From assembly GCA_002269645.1 (NCBI GenBank), contig NIVC01000051.1:806001-870000 (forward strand): 64,000 bases of DNA. Reading direction: 5' to 3'. Numbering within the stretch: position 1 is the stretch's first letter; every line of letters begins with the position of its first letter. The notes beneath the pieces were generated by a model that searched no databases, was not told the DNA's origin, and was given only the letters and a program-made list of their open reading frames with translations. Source of the DNA: Macrostomum lignano (taxonomy: Eukaryota). A program made the translations under genes and the position numbers. This document shows positions 24,455-36,267 of this stretch, piece by piece.

Positions 24455-25330
24455 TTCTACACTTCTTGACTTGACTTGATTCTACACTCCTTGATTACAC
24501 TTGACAATTTGATTCTAGAGAAGTAGTGCCATGAATCTATTACCCCAAATTTCCCTCCTGTTAATTCGTTGTTTTAATCCTAGAAGTACTCCGTTATGGG
24601 GAAGGGGGAGTATCTTGTAGCAGCACCAAAGCATTCATCATTTATTCTAATTATTTCTTATTCTATATTCCAATCGCTTTAGTTCACCCATAGACACTTC
24701 TGTACTATTCGTTCGCCCCAGCGCTAAATAGCCCCCAACGCAATGACAAAATATACTTTAAACCTCCTGCTTTTGCTAGCTATCTTCGAAGTGCCACTTA
24801 CACTCATAAGCTTGTAGCGGTAACCTAACGCTACAATATATATGAAGATAAATACTGACACTGTATTTAATATTTCATTAGCAGACAAAATGACTGCATC
24901 AAATTTTTGCAGACAAGAGTGGCAGACAAATTGGTAGCAGACGAAATGATTGTCAACCATTTTCTATCTTTGTATAATATATATTTATATAAGTTTTTGT
25001 TTTATAATATAATGAAATGAAGGAAATATATAAAGTTATCAATAGGAAATATAATACAAATAAGCAATTTAAAATTTATTAGACCATACTAAAATTAAAA
25101 ATTTTAGGCACATTAGGAACAAAGTTGACTTACAATTATAGCCCATGTTAGGCATAGGCCTAATAAATAAAAATATTAACTGAATTTTAAGTAAGAAGAT
25201 TAAAGTTAAAGTTTTTTAACTTTAATCTTCTTACTAAAGTGCCTAGGCTTACTATATACTTAGCTAGCATATTATTAAGGCAAATAAACTTGTATGAAAA
25301 ATGAAATATACTAAAATTAGCCCTGCCTTA

Positions 25331-25894
25331 CAATGGTGTGATTGGAAAGTTTGCCAAATTTCGCGCCGACTGAAAATTTTCGCGCCATGCCAATAATATT
25401 CTTCTGACAGCCAAATAAGTCAATAGATGATACTTTTGAAGATGCGTCTGGCTACCAATTAGCATGTCTCTCAAGTCCCAGCCGTGTCCCGCCTGAACTT
25501 CTTGTTGGCGATGTCTCGGGCAGACGACTGCTTGTGCTGGTGATTGACGACGTTGACAGCAGCTCAGCAGCCTTGCGCTTCAAGACGAGCTCAGCTAGCT
25601 TCTCTGCCTCCTTCTGCTTCTTCTTCTGCACATTCTGCTGCTGATGCCTCAGTTCTTCAATCTCGGCGTCCTTGCTCTTGGTGGCCGCCGTCAACTTGTG
25701 AAGCAGCAGTTAGATTAATCTCCTAAGCTATGATATTCTTGTATTTCATACTGTCTGACAAGAGAATAAGTGTAAAAAGCAGAAAATAAGAATGCAATTT
25801 TCGCGCCCATGGTTCCACAAAATTTCGCGCCAGACCCCCAGGATTCGCGCCATTTTCGCGCCTGGCGCGAATTCGCGCCTGAATCACACCACTG
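25331..25894. mobile_element. Non-autonomous hAT element, 564 bp, perfect 8-bp TSD
   Basis: TIRs CAATGGTGTGATT / AATCACACCACTG (1 mismatch). TSD CTGCCTTA at 25323-30 and 25895-902. Subterminal TTTCGCGCC repeats at both ends. Confidence 0.9.
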
Positions 25895-26488
25895 CTGCCT
25901 TAGCCCAAGCCAAGGAGAAGAAGGTTGTATCAAGTAAAATTTAATCTTAAGAACTTAAGTTTTGACCTAAATTAGGCCCTAAAGCACAATGAAAATGCTC
26001 AAAATTCTAAAACATTTTTGCTAGATAGGGCCAGGGGCGAGGGCCTACGCCTAACAAATACAGACATTACAAAAACTGGTAGGCCTAGGCCTACTAGGGC
26101 CTACCCTCATATTGAGTCGTATAGGTTCAATTTTGAGTATTATACTAAGTATAGTTGTGTAGATAGTGAAGACCTTTCAGTTTTACTGCAACAAAAGTAT
26201 ATGAGTCTATAAGTATAATGCGCCGTGGAGCTAGAATGTCAAAAAACAATAAAAATACAAAAATACATAGGGGCCTAGCTATATTTGATATACCACATAA
26301 TATAAAACTAGGCCTACAGAAAATTTTGTTTTATAATTATTAGTCTTTTGTCTATATGGGTTGTTTTATTTCTAGATTAGGCCTAGATGTACATCCCATA
26401 AAAGAAATCAGTATAAACAGCTGACTGAATGTACGCTGTCAGGACGAACATACACCTAACACATTGGTACATTGCTATATTTGTGATA

Positions 26489-26567
26489 TAATTACCAAGG
26501 ACGACTTAAGTACTTAAGTCAACTACTTAAGTCTACTTAAGTCTACTTAAGTCGTCCTTGATAATTA
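26489..26567. repeat. 79-bp near-perfect palindrome with internal ACTTAAGT repeats
   Basis: TAATTACCAAGGACGACTTAAGTA ... TACTTAAGTCGTCCTTGATAATTA, with 1 mismatch in the stem. Confidence 0.85.
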
Positions 26568-27814
26568 CTTTATTTCGCAGACTTAAACATTACGTACTAA
26601 CAGTTATAACAAAATTTTATGGTTTTGTAATAATAAATTTTTTAGCTGCAGTTTCGAAAATAAATATGAGTATTCAGTTTTCAATGCAAGTTTATTAAGT
26701 TTTTTAATGTGCTGCAAAAAATGCACGCCTTGAGAAATATTTATCCTTCAAGTAGAATATTATGTTGTGCAGTTTTGCAACAATTACACTTCATTTATTT
26801 ATTTGATTTTAGCAGGTTTTCTTTGTATTGCAATTAAATATATTATAAAATAAATCGATATCATTCGAGATTTACTTCAATGAAGTGCACGATAGAGTTA
26901 TGATATGACGGGAACGATTGTACTCGTATCACTCGATGAATACATGTAGCGTAAAATACAAAGTATATTATTAAACAAGTCAGGGAACTAAAACGCTCCG
27001 GTGTTTTAGTTGTCCCTGAAACAAGTGCATGTACGAAGACAATAGTCTAGTTATCTAAAAGATAGATATCATTCCTGGAACAACCTGCAACGATAGGTAA
27101 CCGCAAAACAGGCTACTATACATGCGACATGCATGGGTAACGTTTGTCAAGCGTACAGTTAGGCAAAATAATAATTGCTTGTTTAGTTATCCCACCACTA
27201 TACACTGTAATTGCACGAGAACGAAGAGTGTCACAGTTATTGTACAATCAAATTTACTGCGCATGCAAAGGTACAATGCCCTGGCATGCATGCAGTTTGT
27301 ACACTCGTACATGTACAGGCAAGTTTTACGTTATAGGATTAAAGTGCACACTGTACTAGTCAACAAAGAATTCATAACTATTTTAATTTATTGGTTAAAG
27401 ACTCATTTACGCTGCCATCAAGTGAGCCACCAACTCAAACGACCAATGAACAAGCAGATCAAATTTATAAGATGTACAAGTTGTGTGATCACATTAAATT
27501 CCCTTTATCCGGCAGTCTATTGCGCTGCTTCTAGAGTCGTGTACAAATCCATGTGTAAATTAATTTACATGTACGACGTACGACGTACGAGTACATGCAA
27601 AGTCGAAGTCGAATTTAAAGTCTACAGAACATTTCAAAATAACAATTTCAAGAAAATTACTTCCGGAAGGATTATATTTTTTCTGTTTTCGAAGTTTCAC
27701 ATACAAAATATTGTTTACCTACAGTGTATTAAAAGTATTACAACTTAAGTTACTTAAACCGAGAAATTTTTTGTTAGTTCGCTTCTTACAACTCGTACAT
27801 TTATAAAACTCTTT

Positions 27815-30207
27815 TTAACCCTCCTTTTTAGCAGCTTGGTCTCCAACGTCTTGATCTTCAACTGCTGGTTTTCCCTGGACACTGTAGTGCTGACCGCCTG
27901 CTTCGGAGTGATGATGCTGTTCGGCCGGCACCACCAGAACAGCCGAGCGGCGCGAATGATGCAGCACGTAGTCACTGACTGATCCGAGAAAAGTTCGGCG
28001 AAGCACGCCGACGCCTCGACTGCCGAGAATGATGAGGTCGACCTGCGAGGGAAGGGGACGCGAAATATGGATCTGGTGCAGCATACATGTAGAGCAGTGG
28101 TGAGACCGCCATGCGAGACATGAAGGTAATAAAGGCAATTCAAGAATGATGAAGCATGCGAATTATTAAGCTTAGGGTGCTGGCGCCCCTGGTGCTGGCG
28201 CCCCTGGTGCTGGCGCCCCTGGTGCTGGCGCCCCTGGTGCTGGCGCCCCTGGTTCTGGCGCCCCTGGTGCTGGCGCCCCTGGTGCTGGCGCCCCTAGTGC
28301 TGGCGCCCCTGGTGCTGGCGCCCCTGGTGCTGGCGCCCCTGGTGCTGGCGCCCCTGGTTCTGGCGCCCCTGGTGCTGGCGCCCCTTGGTGCTGGCGCCCC
28401 TAGTGCTGGCGCCCCTGGTGCTGGCGCCCCTAGTGCTGGCGCCCCTGGTGCTGGCGCCCCTGGTGCTGGCGCCCCTGGTGCTGGCGCCCCTGGTGCTGGC
28501 GATGAAGGTACCCAGTGCTTTAGCACCTGGTGCTAAAGCCCCTGGTGCTAAAGCCCCTGGTGCTGGCGCCCCTGGTGCTGGCGCCCCTGGTGCTGGCGCC
28601 CCTGGTGCTGGCGCCCCTGGTGCTGGCGCCCCTGGTGCTGGCGCCCCTGGTGCTGGCGCCCCTGGTGCTGGCGCCCCTGGTGCTGGCGCCCCTAGTGCTG
28701 GCGCCCCTGGTGCTGGCGCCCCTGGTGCTGGCGCCCCTGGTGCTGGCGCCCCTGGTGCTGGCGCCCCTGGTGCTGGCGCCCCTGGTGCTGGCGCCCCTGG
28801 TGCTGGCGCCCCTGGTGCTGGCGCCCCTGGTGCTGGCGCCCCTGGTGCTGGCGCCCCTGGTGCTGGCGCCCCTGGTGCTGGCGCCCCTGGTGCTGGCGCC
28901 CCTGGTGCTGGCGCCCCTGGTGCTGGCGCCCCTGGTGCTGGCACCCCTGGTGCTGGCGCCCCTGGTGCTGGCGCCCCTGGTGCTGGCGCCCCTGGTGCTG
29001 GCACCCCTGGTGCTGGCGCCCCTGGTGCTGGCGCCCCTGGTGCTGGCGCCCCTGGTGCTGGCACCCCCGGTGCCAAGTTTACACGGCTCACCTGTTCTTC
29101 TTCTGCAGCTTCAATAATAGCCTGACCTGGTGAGTGCGAGATTCGTTCGAGAAATCGAATTTTTTCGATACCAAACGAGCGACAGATTGTCTTCACGTTG
29201 ACGGCCAAACGTTTGGCGGCTTCGACAGTTTCTTCCACGGCTTTGGTGTAGATTTCGGCCACTGCGGCGCCTGCGGGCGGAACCGGGTTCTATCCGTTGT
29301 TTCTATATCTGTGGTAGTGGGATTCTATTCGGGGTCCCTGGGGCGGTTGTACATGCATTTATTATGGTTTCTAGAACTACAATAGATCTAGAGTGAGTTG
29401 GGTTCTATTTGGTGTTTCTAGATCCAGGGTAGAGTTGAGTTCTATTCGGTGTTTTTTCTAGGTCTAGGGTAGAGTTGGGTTCTATTTGGTGTTTCTAGAT
29501 CTAGGGTAGAGTTGAGTTCTATTCGGTGTTTCTAGGTCTAGGGTAGAGTTGGGTTCTATTTGGTGTTTCTAGATCAAGGGTAGAGTTGGGTTCTATTCGG
29601 TGTTTCTAGATCCAGGGTAGAGTTGGGTTCTATTCGGTGTTTCTAGATCTAGGGTAGAGTTGAGTTCTATTCGGTGTTTCTAGATCTAGGGTAGAGTTGA
29701 GTTCTATTCGATGTTTCTAGGTCTAGGGTAGAGTTGGGTTCTATTTGGTGTTTCTAGATCTAGGGTAGAGTTGGGTTCTATTTGGTGTTTCTAGATCAAG
29801 GGTAGAGTTGGGTTCTATTCGGTGTCTCTAGATCTATGATAGAGTGGGGCATTATTCGTTTTTTCTAGATCTATGGAATGCGAGGGTTCTATTCGGGATT
29901 TCTAAGGTAATTATAGTTTCCATTTTACACAGAGCCGACTTGAACTCCACTCACCAGCCATGCCGAATCCCAGAGCCAGATCAGGTGGCTCGGTCACGTT
30001 AACAAAGACCACTCGATCTTCGTTCGAATGAATCTTGCTGGCGTACCAACGAAGCGCGCGCTCGCTGTGCCTGCTTCGATCGATAGCAATTAGAATGCTT
30101 CGATTTTGCACTGCTTGTTCGTCCGCTGTTGGCGACGCCTTGCTGTGCTGTAATTGCGCTTTTGATTCCGGACTGGCGCCAGCAATAGCTGCAGGTGGAG
30201 ATGCCAT
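27815..30207 (-). CDS. Universal stress protein (UspA domain), 219 aa; 3 exons: 30207-29955, 29270-29092, 28042-27815
   Basis: ILIAIDRSRHSERALRWY..DRVVFVNV; SPGQAIIEAAEEEQ|VDLIILGSRGVGVLRRTFLGSVSDYVLHHS. GT..AG introns, phases 1 and 0. Confidence 0.93.
28170..29070. repeat. 15-bp GC-rich minisatellite (GGTGCTGGCGCCCCT) in USP intron 2
   Basis: About 55 near-perfect units; explains the GAGAP/LVLAP/PAPGA ORFs. Confidence 0.97.
29380..29900. repeat. ~37-bp minisatellite (CTAGGGTAGAGTTGGGTTCTATTCGGTGTTTCTAGAT) in USP intron 1
   Basis: Period 37 at 29641/29678. Confidence 0.95.
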
Positions 30208-31025
30208 GCTTCTATACTGAAGTTACCAAGTTTAACACACCAATTTGACAGACTGTCAACCTAGTAGTAGTCAGGTTTTACAACTCGCTTTAAATAAAAA
30301 AGTTGAAGAACAGTTTTATAACCAAATCATGGATTTTATACAGTGAGCAACTTTTCAACCAATCAGAAAGGCTGAACATTATTCTAAGTATATGGAATGC
30401 AGGCTGGTATGCGATCGATTTTTTGCTCCCTTGTCTACCGTGCGTGTTTATATTATTGACGTACATCAACACCAAATGTACATCACTTAATTAGTCTTGC
30501 ATATCTATTGAAAATTTTGGCATTTTTATCGCGACGACTCAATAAAACAAGTTGAGAAGGAGTCCTTTTGGCTCAAGAGTGGGCATCGAGCCTGTCCTAT
30601 AAGAACGAAGTGAGAGTGCAGTCACCTATACGAGGCTAGGAAGGGTAGCGTGCTCCACACGCCTAGACTTAATAATCTCGAGACTCAGTTTACAGTAAAA
30701 GTGAAATAATGTGAAACTGCCAACATGGACGAGCTAGTATAGCGAAATCAATCTTCGCTGGCTTTGAACTCGAACTTACGAGACACTGGAGGCATTGAAA
30801 ACGTTGAAACGTTAAAAAGTCGCCACTCTATATGCGTCAATTAGCAATTTCTTTTGGACCATTTTAAAATAAAAGATATGCGAGAAAACTAATCGGGGTA
30901 GCTTTAACCCGTCCAACCCTCGCACACCGCTCCCTTAACTTCATTGCTCAACTCAAGTCTGAGTTGCATCACTCGCAAGATAAAAGACTTTACCTGCACT
31001 CCCAAAATCTTCAAATCGTCTTAAG

Positions 31026-31488
31026 TAGGGATTGCAATCCCGGGATCCCAGGGTCCCGAATCCCGGCACTAATTTTTGTTATTAATTTTACAAAAAGTGC
31101 TGTCATATATACGCAATTAGGCCCACAACTAGTTTATTATACTGCGCTAATTTCCGTTAATTGCCTCACGTCGTATGACACCTTTTTAAACCCCGCATCA
31201 CAGATTTAAATTTGAAATTTATTCCAGTGTAAATTTTGATATCTGATTTGCTTCTTTACTACTAAATAGTACTTTTATACTACGTACTTCCATGCGTCAC
31301 AAGATAATGCTGTTTTTTATCTACAAATAGATCAGTTTCTCTATAACAAAAAATGGAAGCAGAAAAACGCACATTTTGCCTTAAAATTTCAACCCAGAAG
31401 CTTGAAAATCTGTATTTTTCTGATCCCGGAATCGAATCCCGGGATTGGCTGAATTCCAGGATTAAATCCCGGGATTCCGGGATCGCAA
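31026..31488. mobile_element. Degenerate hAT-like MITE with ATCCCGGGAT subterminal motifs
   Basis: Left end TAGGGATTGCAATCCCGGGATCCC. Right end ..CCCGGGATTCCGGGATCGCAA is a truncated inverted copy. Confidence 0.55.
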
Positions 31489-31638
31489 AAAAACAGGATT
31501 TTGTCTAAAGCACTTGGAGAGCTTGAATTTTGCTTCATAGCGCGCACCTTGGGCTCAAATGTTAAGAGTTAGAAGCATCATCAGGCGCAACACTCTCGGT
31601 GGCTTGCAATTTTGCGTGCAAGCAAGCCCCGAATGAAT

Positions 31639-31706
31639 GGGCCGCGCACGGAGTCGAACCAAGGGGTCTTGGCGCGACAGTCAGAACGCGTTTACCCCTG
31701 AGCTTT
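31639..31706 (-). other. tRNA-derived Pol III head (SINE-like or tRNA pseudogene)
   Basis: The minus strand reads AGCTCAGGGGTAAACG (A-box-like) ... GGTTCGACTCC (B-box). The acceptor stem does not pair, so it is not called a tRNA. Confidence 0.4.
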
Positions 31707-31989
31707 GCTAGATATAAACATGCAGATTTCATCTACCAGTATTCCTCATCCTGACGTGTCAAAAGTTAAGGAAACCAGGACTTTTACAAACAACAAAGGT
31801 CCCGATTTAATCTGCTGCGATCCAATACGAATAGCAGCACAATTAGGATAAGGGCAGAACAATTGCATTCAATGGACAACTTTTTAAAGAAGAAAGTTGG
31901 CTTGAAAAATAATTAGCGAGTCTTGTTGCACTCAATTATCCAGATACATAGCAGGGACCCCTAAGAGTAGCATCCGGTGCTAGCTCCAG

Positions 31990-32900
31990 AAGTCCCTGAT
32001 ACATAGCATGCATGACGCCATCTGGCACGGCAGCCTTCCATGTTTTTAAGCTTCCCGAGCTGCCTAGTGAGAAGGGGGGCTGGGTAGTTGCACTTCGTCC
32101 GGGCTTCCTTGGCTCGATGACGAATGGGTCTCGTCGGTCCTACGTTGTGGGACACGAGCGACAGGTGCCCGCCTTTTCTTATTGGTCTTGGCCGGGCGTG
32201 GCTCCTCACCTGTTCGGTCGTGCCGTTTCAGGTCGATATTGCCTCGTGGCTCATCCCCCTGCTGGCCTGCTGCGTGCTGGCGGCAAATGTTGATTATGAT
32301 GATGCACTTTGCCCTTGCCGCCACGTCAATTGCTTGTCATCTGTTCGAGCCAGAGGTGGTCCTTCAGAGTGCCGAACGTCTGTGCGCACCAATGTGATCA
32401 CCCCTCCCCTGCCGGTTGATGTTTTTGTCTTATTAGTATCTTTGGAGCAGGCGTCGTTTACACGCAGTCATCATCCGGGTCCTCCAGGCTGACTCTTCGG
32501 GTTGCGGTTCAGCGCCTCTGGTTCTGGCCTGGCTTTTTCGTGTTCTGTGCATGCAGTGCGCCGCCTTCTGCAGCCTTCGCACCATTGCTGGCACTCCTCA
32601 GGGTGTCCTTTTCTGCAGGTGGGTTCTGATGATAGGTCGGTCGGGGGTGGGTCTAGGCCCGCTCGGTTATGGTGGTGTCGGTTGGTCGCACCGGGTACGC
32701 TATCCCGTCCGTCCGCGCGGCCACTCCATTATCGCTCGGAGGCAGGTATTCTTCGTTGTGCCCGAGCTTAGTTTATTGTAGACAGACGACAGTAGGTCGG
32801 TGTCCGTGGTGCGTGCCTTCAACCCGTTAGCGTTCAGCTGGAGGACGCGGAGCTCTCGGCCCGAGTCTGCCTTCTCCCGATTGCGTCGTTTGCCACGGTT
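31990..32900 (-). mobile_element. Decayed non-LTR retrotransposon (LINE) APE-endonuclease fragment
   Basis: The minus strand encodes RELRVLQLNANGL (32790-32880), GRGGVITLVRTDV (~32380-32412) and IIINIC, in broken frames. Confidence 0.6.
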
Positions 32901-34717
32901 GCCGTTGAGAGACCGTTCGTCATTCCCGGATTCGAGCAGTTACATGTAAGGTTCTGCCCTTCCGGGTCCAGGGGAACGACATGGACATCGTCTCCAAGCC
33001 ACCGCAGGAATTGCTGCTGCTGACGCTACAGGCACCCTAGCTACCGGCAGACAGGCGCGCACTCGGCGTTTCGTCGACTGCCTGCTTGCTAACTCTGACA
33101 CCACGCATTCGGTCGGCGTCGTGGCCTTCGTTCGGGCCTGGCCCAAGTGCGCAACCTGCGACGCTATCTTCTGTTGTTATTACCTGTGTGCAGTAGTGTC
33201 ATTCGCAAATTTTCTCTATAGGACAAGCCCCAGGCAGTGCGTGAGAACACAGCTAGTCAAGCCGACTAACACTGGCGTAGCCAAAAGTTTTTTAATTAGA
33301 GGATGACGAGAGTTGGCAGCGTCCCTGCTTCTTTAAAGGAAATAAAAAATAGTTGTTAGAGATCAGCCCTATGGGGGATGTTTTTCCCAATCTCCATTTG
33401 CAGGCCAGCGCGAGAGTCGGACACGTGTTGGGGCTACTCTTCCCTTCTCCCCGGCAATATAAGCGTTAAAAGCAGAAAAAAGCATAGCAAAAATGCAACA
33501 ACGATACGCAGCTGTTTTAGAAGCATTTATTAGCGGAGCCGCCAGCTCTACGCACAACAGGTGGGTAGAAGGGCCAGCTACCATACAATCACCCCATCAA
33601 GCCTCTCTCAGCTGAGCAGAAGCAATGAAATGTTAATGCAAAAGGTTTATTAAACCAGCATATACTAACAGACAGGTGGGTACATTATCAAATATCTGGT
33701 TTTAGGCACCAATCAAACCATCCTTGATATTAAAAAATTCATTTATTAAAACGCAGACTGCAGCCTACGAGAAATTCTACTGTAAAGCCCAATAAAGTTT
33801 TTACAACGCTGATGAGGCCGTAGGGTTTAGGCAGAGACAACAGAAGTACTATTATTGGAACAGGGATAGTTGTTGTTCGATAGAATCGATAGAATGCGAC
33901 TTTGTTTCTTTTGAATTTCAAGTTTGCGCATGCGCGTCACTCGGGGAAAATTTTGGCCACAGACAGTCTGAATTGAAGTTCTTCTGCTTCAATAGAAAAG
34001 GACTTTGTTTGAATTGAATTTCCGCAAGCGCTGATATTTCTTAAAGTGTTTGAATTAAAGTTCTGCTTGTTTCTTTTGAATAAGACTTTGTTCAAAATAG
34101 TAGGTAAAATGGTGTAGACATGCAGAGAAACTAAAATCCGTTTAGTCTTTTGTCTATACACAACACAATGAGAGAGCCGTGCGTCAAATCTGTTTCTTGT
34201 GCTGAAAAATGAAAAGTTCCTATCAGGTATCTATGTATTTGTACATTATTTTCCACGAAAAACCAGCCCTCAAAATATTTCCTAAGAAAAAAGTTTCCCC
34301 TCATTCAATTTAAATCGTCATGGGGTAACAGCAATAGATACGCCTCCAATTTACATGTAAACGCCATCAAAGCGGTCACAAAATTTCTTCCAAAGGCATG
34401 ACGCTTATCCAGGCTAAATATTTTGCAAAGAAAATTCTGAAAACTTTTATTAAAGCAACTGCGATCTCATTGTTACTTAAGAGTTACATGTACAGAAAAA
34501 AGTATGGCTTTAAGCCGTTCACCAGTGTACATCGCTTAATTAAGCAGAGTTGAAGTCCCTAATCATATTTTCAAACATGCAATATTAGAGATTATTATCA
34601 GAAATTGAGTTTATCAAAAACTTTCTCGTCAAAGAAGCATCCATGAACAGTAATCCTCGAGCATCAGCGAGCCAGCAAAGCCGCTTGAGAAGGCCCTTGA
34701 GTGGCAACAGAAACTGC

Positions 34718-35644
34718 TCAGCACAGTCTCTGCAGCAGAGCAACTTCAGAGTCCCTCAGAGCTCTCTCTGACACTCCGAAGCATCTCATGAAGCCCTCGA
34801 AGACGCGGTTGTGGCCGGCACTGCGGCTGATGGCTCCGATCTGCACGCTGCTGCCGAAGTTCGCGCACGAAGTCAAAGCGGTGGCCGAGCCGCTGGTGGC
34901 CTGTCGAGTTCCGTTGACGAGGATTCTGATTTCCGGAGTCTGCTTGTCGTACACCGCGGCGATGTGGGTCCAACCGTTGGCCGTGTCGGTGGGTCCGGAC
35001 ACTCGGACATTCGATGCAACGGTGAGCTCGATGTCGGTAGTTGTAGGATGAAGCCAAAATCGAGTGTGGTATGAAGAAGGCATTGTGAGGCCCTCCAGCA
35101 GAGGCATCGCACCTCTCGCTGGGTTGGTGACCTTGACCCTCACTGACATGGTGAGACTGTCGAGACACACCGAAGTCAGCTGGTCAATGTTGAACCGCTC
35201 TGACACACCCGACTGACCAGTGAAGTTGACGGCGCTGTCCGTGTACTGCATCGGGATGTTCTCCTGCAGATCGAGATGGCCGCTGTTCGAGACCGCATTG
35301 CGAGTCCGAGTGGCGTTGCTCATGGGCCAGAAGGCGACGAGGCCGAGCTGGCGCAGGGCGCTCCACGACTGGCAGTCGGTGTCGTTCGTCAGACTGGCGG
35401 TCTGGAGGCTGTCCGACATGTTGCAGACGCCTGCGCGGTGGCTCCAGGCAATGCAGGGACGACGGAGCTGCTGAGAGCACAGGAAGGCGCACATGCGGGC
35501 GCTCGAGGTCGCCAGCGAGTGCTGCGGAGTCTGCGGCACCACGCAGCCGCCGAGCGACACTCCGCTGTGCAGCTCGCTGTCGGCTTGGACAGCGACTTGC
35601 AGGACAAACAGAAGGAGCAGAAGAGGAAACCAGTTGCTGCTCAT
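34718..35644 (-). CDS. Secreted PAN/apple-like + LamG/pentraxin-like (concanavalin fold) protein, 308 aa, single exon
   Basis: Signal peptide MSSNWFPLLLLLFVLQVAVQA; Cys pattern CAFLCSQQLRRPCIAWSHRAGVC; LVAFWPM; WTHIAAVYD..IRILVNG; IGA..FEGFMRCFGVSERAL. Confidence 0.8.
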   Translation of the reverse strand: MSSNWFPLLLLLFVLQVAVQADSELHSGVSLGGCVVPQTPQHSLATSSARMCAFLCSQQLRRPCIAWSHRAGVCNMSDSLQTASLTNDTDCQSWSALRQLGLVAFWPMSNATRTRNAVSNSGHLDLQENIPMQYTDSAVNFTGQSGVSERFNIDQLTSVCLDSLTMSVRVKVTNPARGAMPLLEGLTMPSSYHTRFWLHPTTTDIELTVASNVRVSGPTDTANGWTHIAAVYDKQTPEIRILVNGTRQATSGSATALTSCANFGSSVQIGAISRSAGHNRVFEGFMRCFGVSERALRDSEVALLQRLC

Positions 35645-36188
35645 TACGTGTCTGCTGCTTCCGATACCGGAACAAGCCTTAGCAGAATGGCTCAGTTCTT
35701 ATTGAGTTTTCCAAGTCACCGAAGAATATTGGTGTACTCTGCTCCTGATCTCTGGTAATATACTCCTATCGCATTCCCCGCTGCATCCCACAGCCAATAG
35801 AGTTTCAGAGCGTGTCATTTGTTTATTGATTTCCCGCTGAGCTGGTTGCTCATAAACAGCCGTTTCTCAGCTTATTGCTTTGGGCGATTCGAAATTTGAA
35901 CGGTAAATCATTGATGCAGGGATGTAGGTGGGAACTATTGTCTTTGTACGAAGTTGGCACACAAGAATGCAGTATTTTGTGCTAAAGCAGATGTGTTGAG
36001 ATTTGTTATATTGTTTTTTTCGAACGTTTTCAAAATAAAAGATAGATGAGTTTTCTCGAGTGCTGTTTTGATAGCGATGTATTCTCCAGCAATTTGACTA
36101 TCATTGTTCACATTTTTTATTTAGAACAATAATATACTACAAAAAATGCATTGTTTGTAGGATCGACAAGCAGCATTTTAATGCAAAG

Positions 36189-36267
36189 AATCAGCGGTCG
36201 CAGCACGTGACAACGTGACAACAAGCGCTTGCCAGACAATCGTTGTCACGCACTGGGACCGCTGATT
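36189..36267. other. 79-nt stem-loop (26-bp arms)
   Basis: AATCAGCGGTCGCAGCACGTGACAAC pairs with GTTGTCACGCACTGGGACCGCTGATT (3 mismatches). Confidence 0.75.

Larger units (their letters stand above)
20242..24835 (+). mobile_element. Full-length Ty3/Gypsy LTR retrotransposon (CsRn1-like), 4594 bp
   Basis: 220-bp LTRs at 20242-20461 and 24616-24835 (TGTAGC..GCTACA, 4 mismatches). 4-bp TSD ATAT. PBS TGGTAGCAGAG at 20465. Polypurine tract GGGGAAGGGGGAG at ~24598-24610. Confidence 0.97.

Noticed and set aside
24926-24941. 16-nt match (ACAAATTGGTAGCAGA) to the Gypsy LTR/PBS junction, ~90 bp past the 3' LTR
   Set aside because: It is part of a local GCAGACAAA-type repeat with no further LTR homology, so it is probably coincidence.
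28140-29262. Collagen/elastin-like GAGAP, PAPGA and LVLAP ORFs, including a 322-aa read-through from USP exon 2
   Set aside because: The 15-bp repeat is open in several frames by construction. The intron is 1049 nt, not a multiple of 3, and splicing restores the USP GSRG motif.
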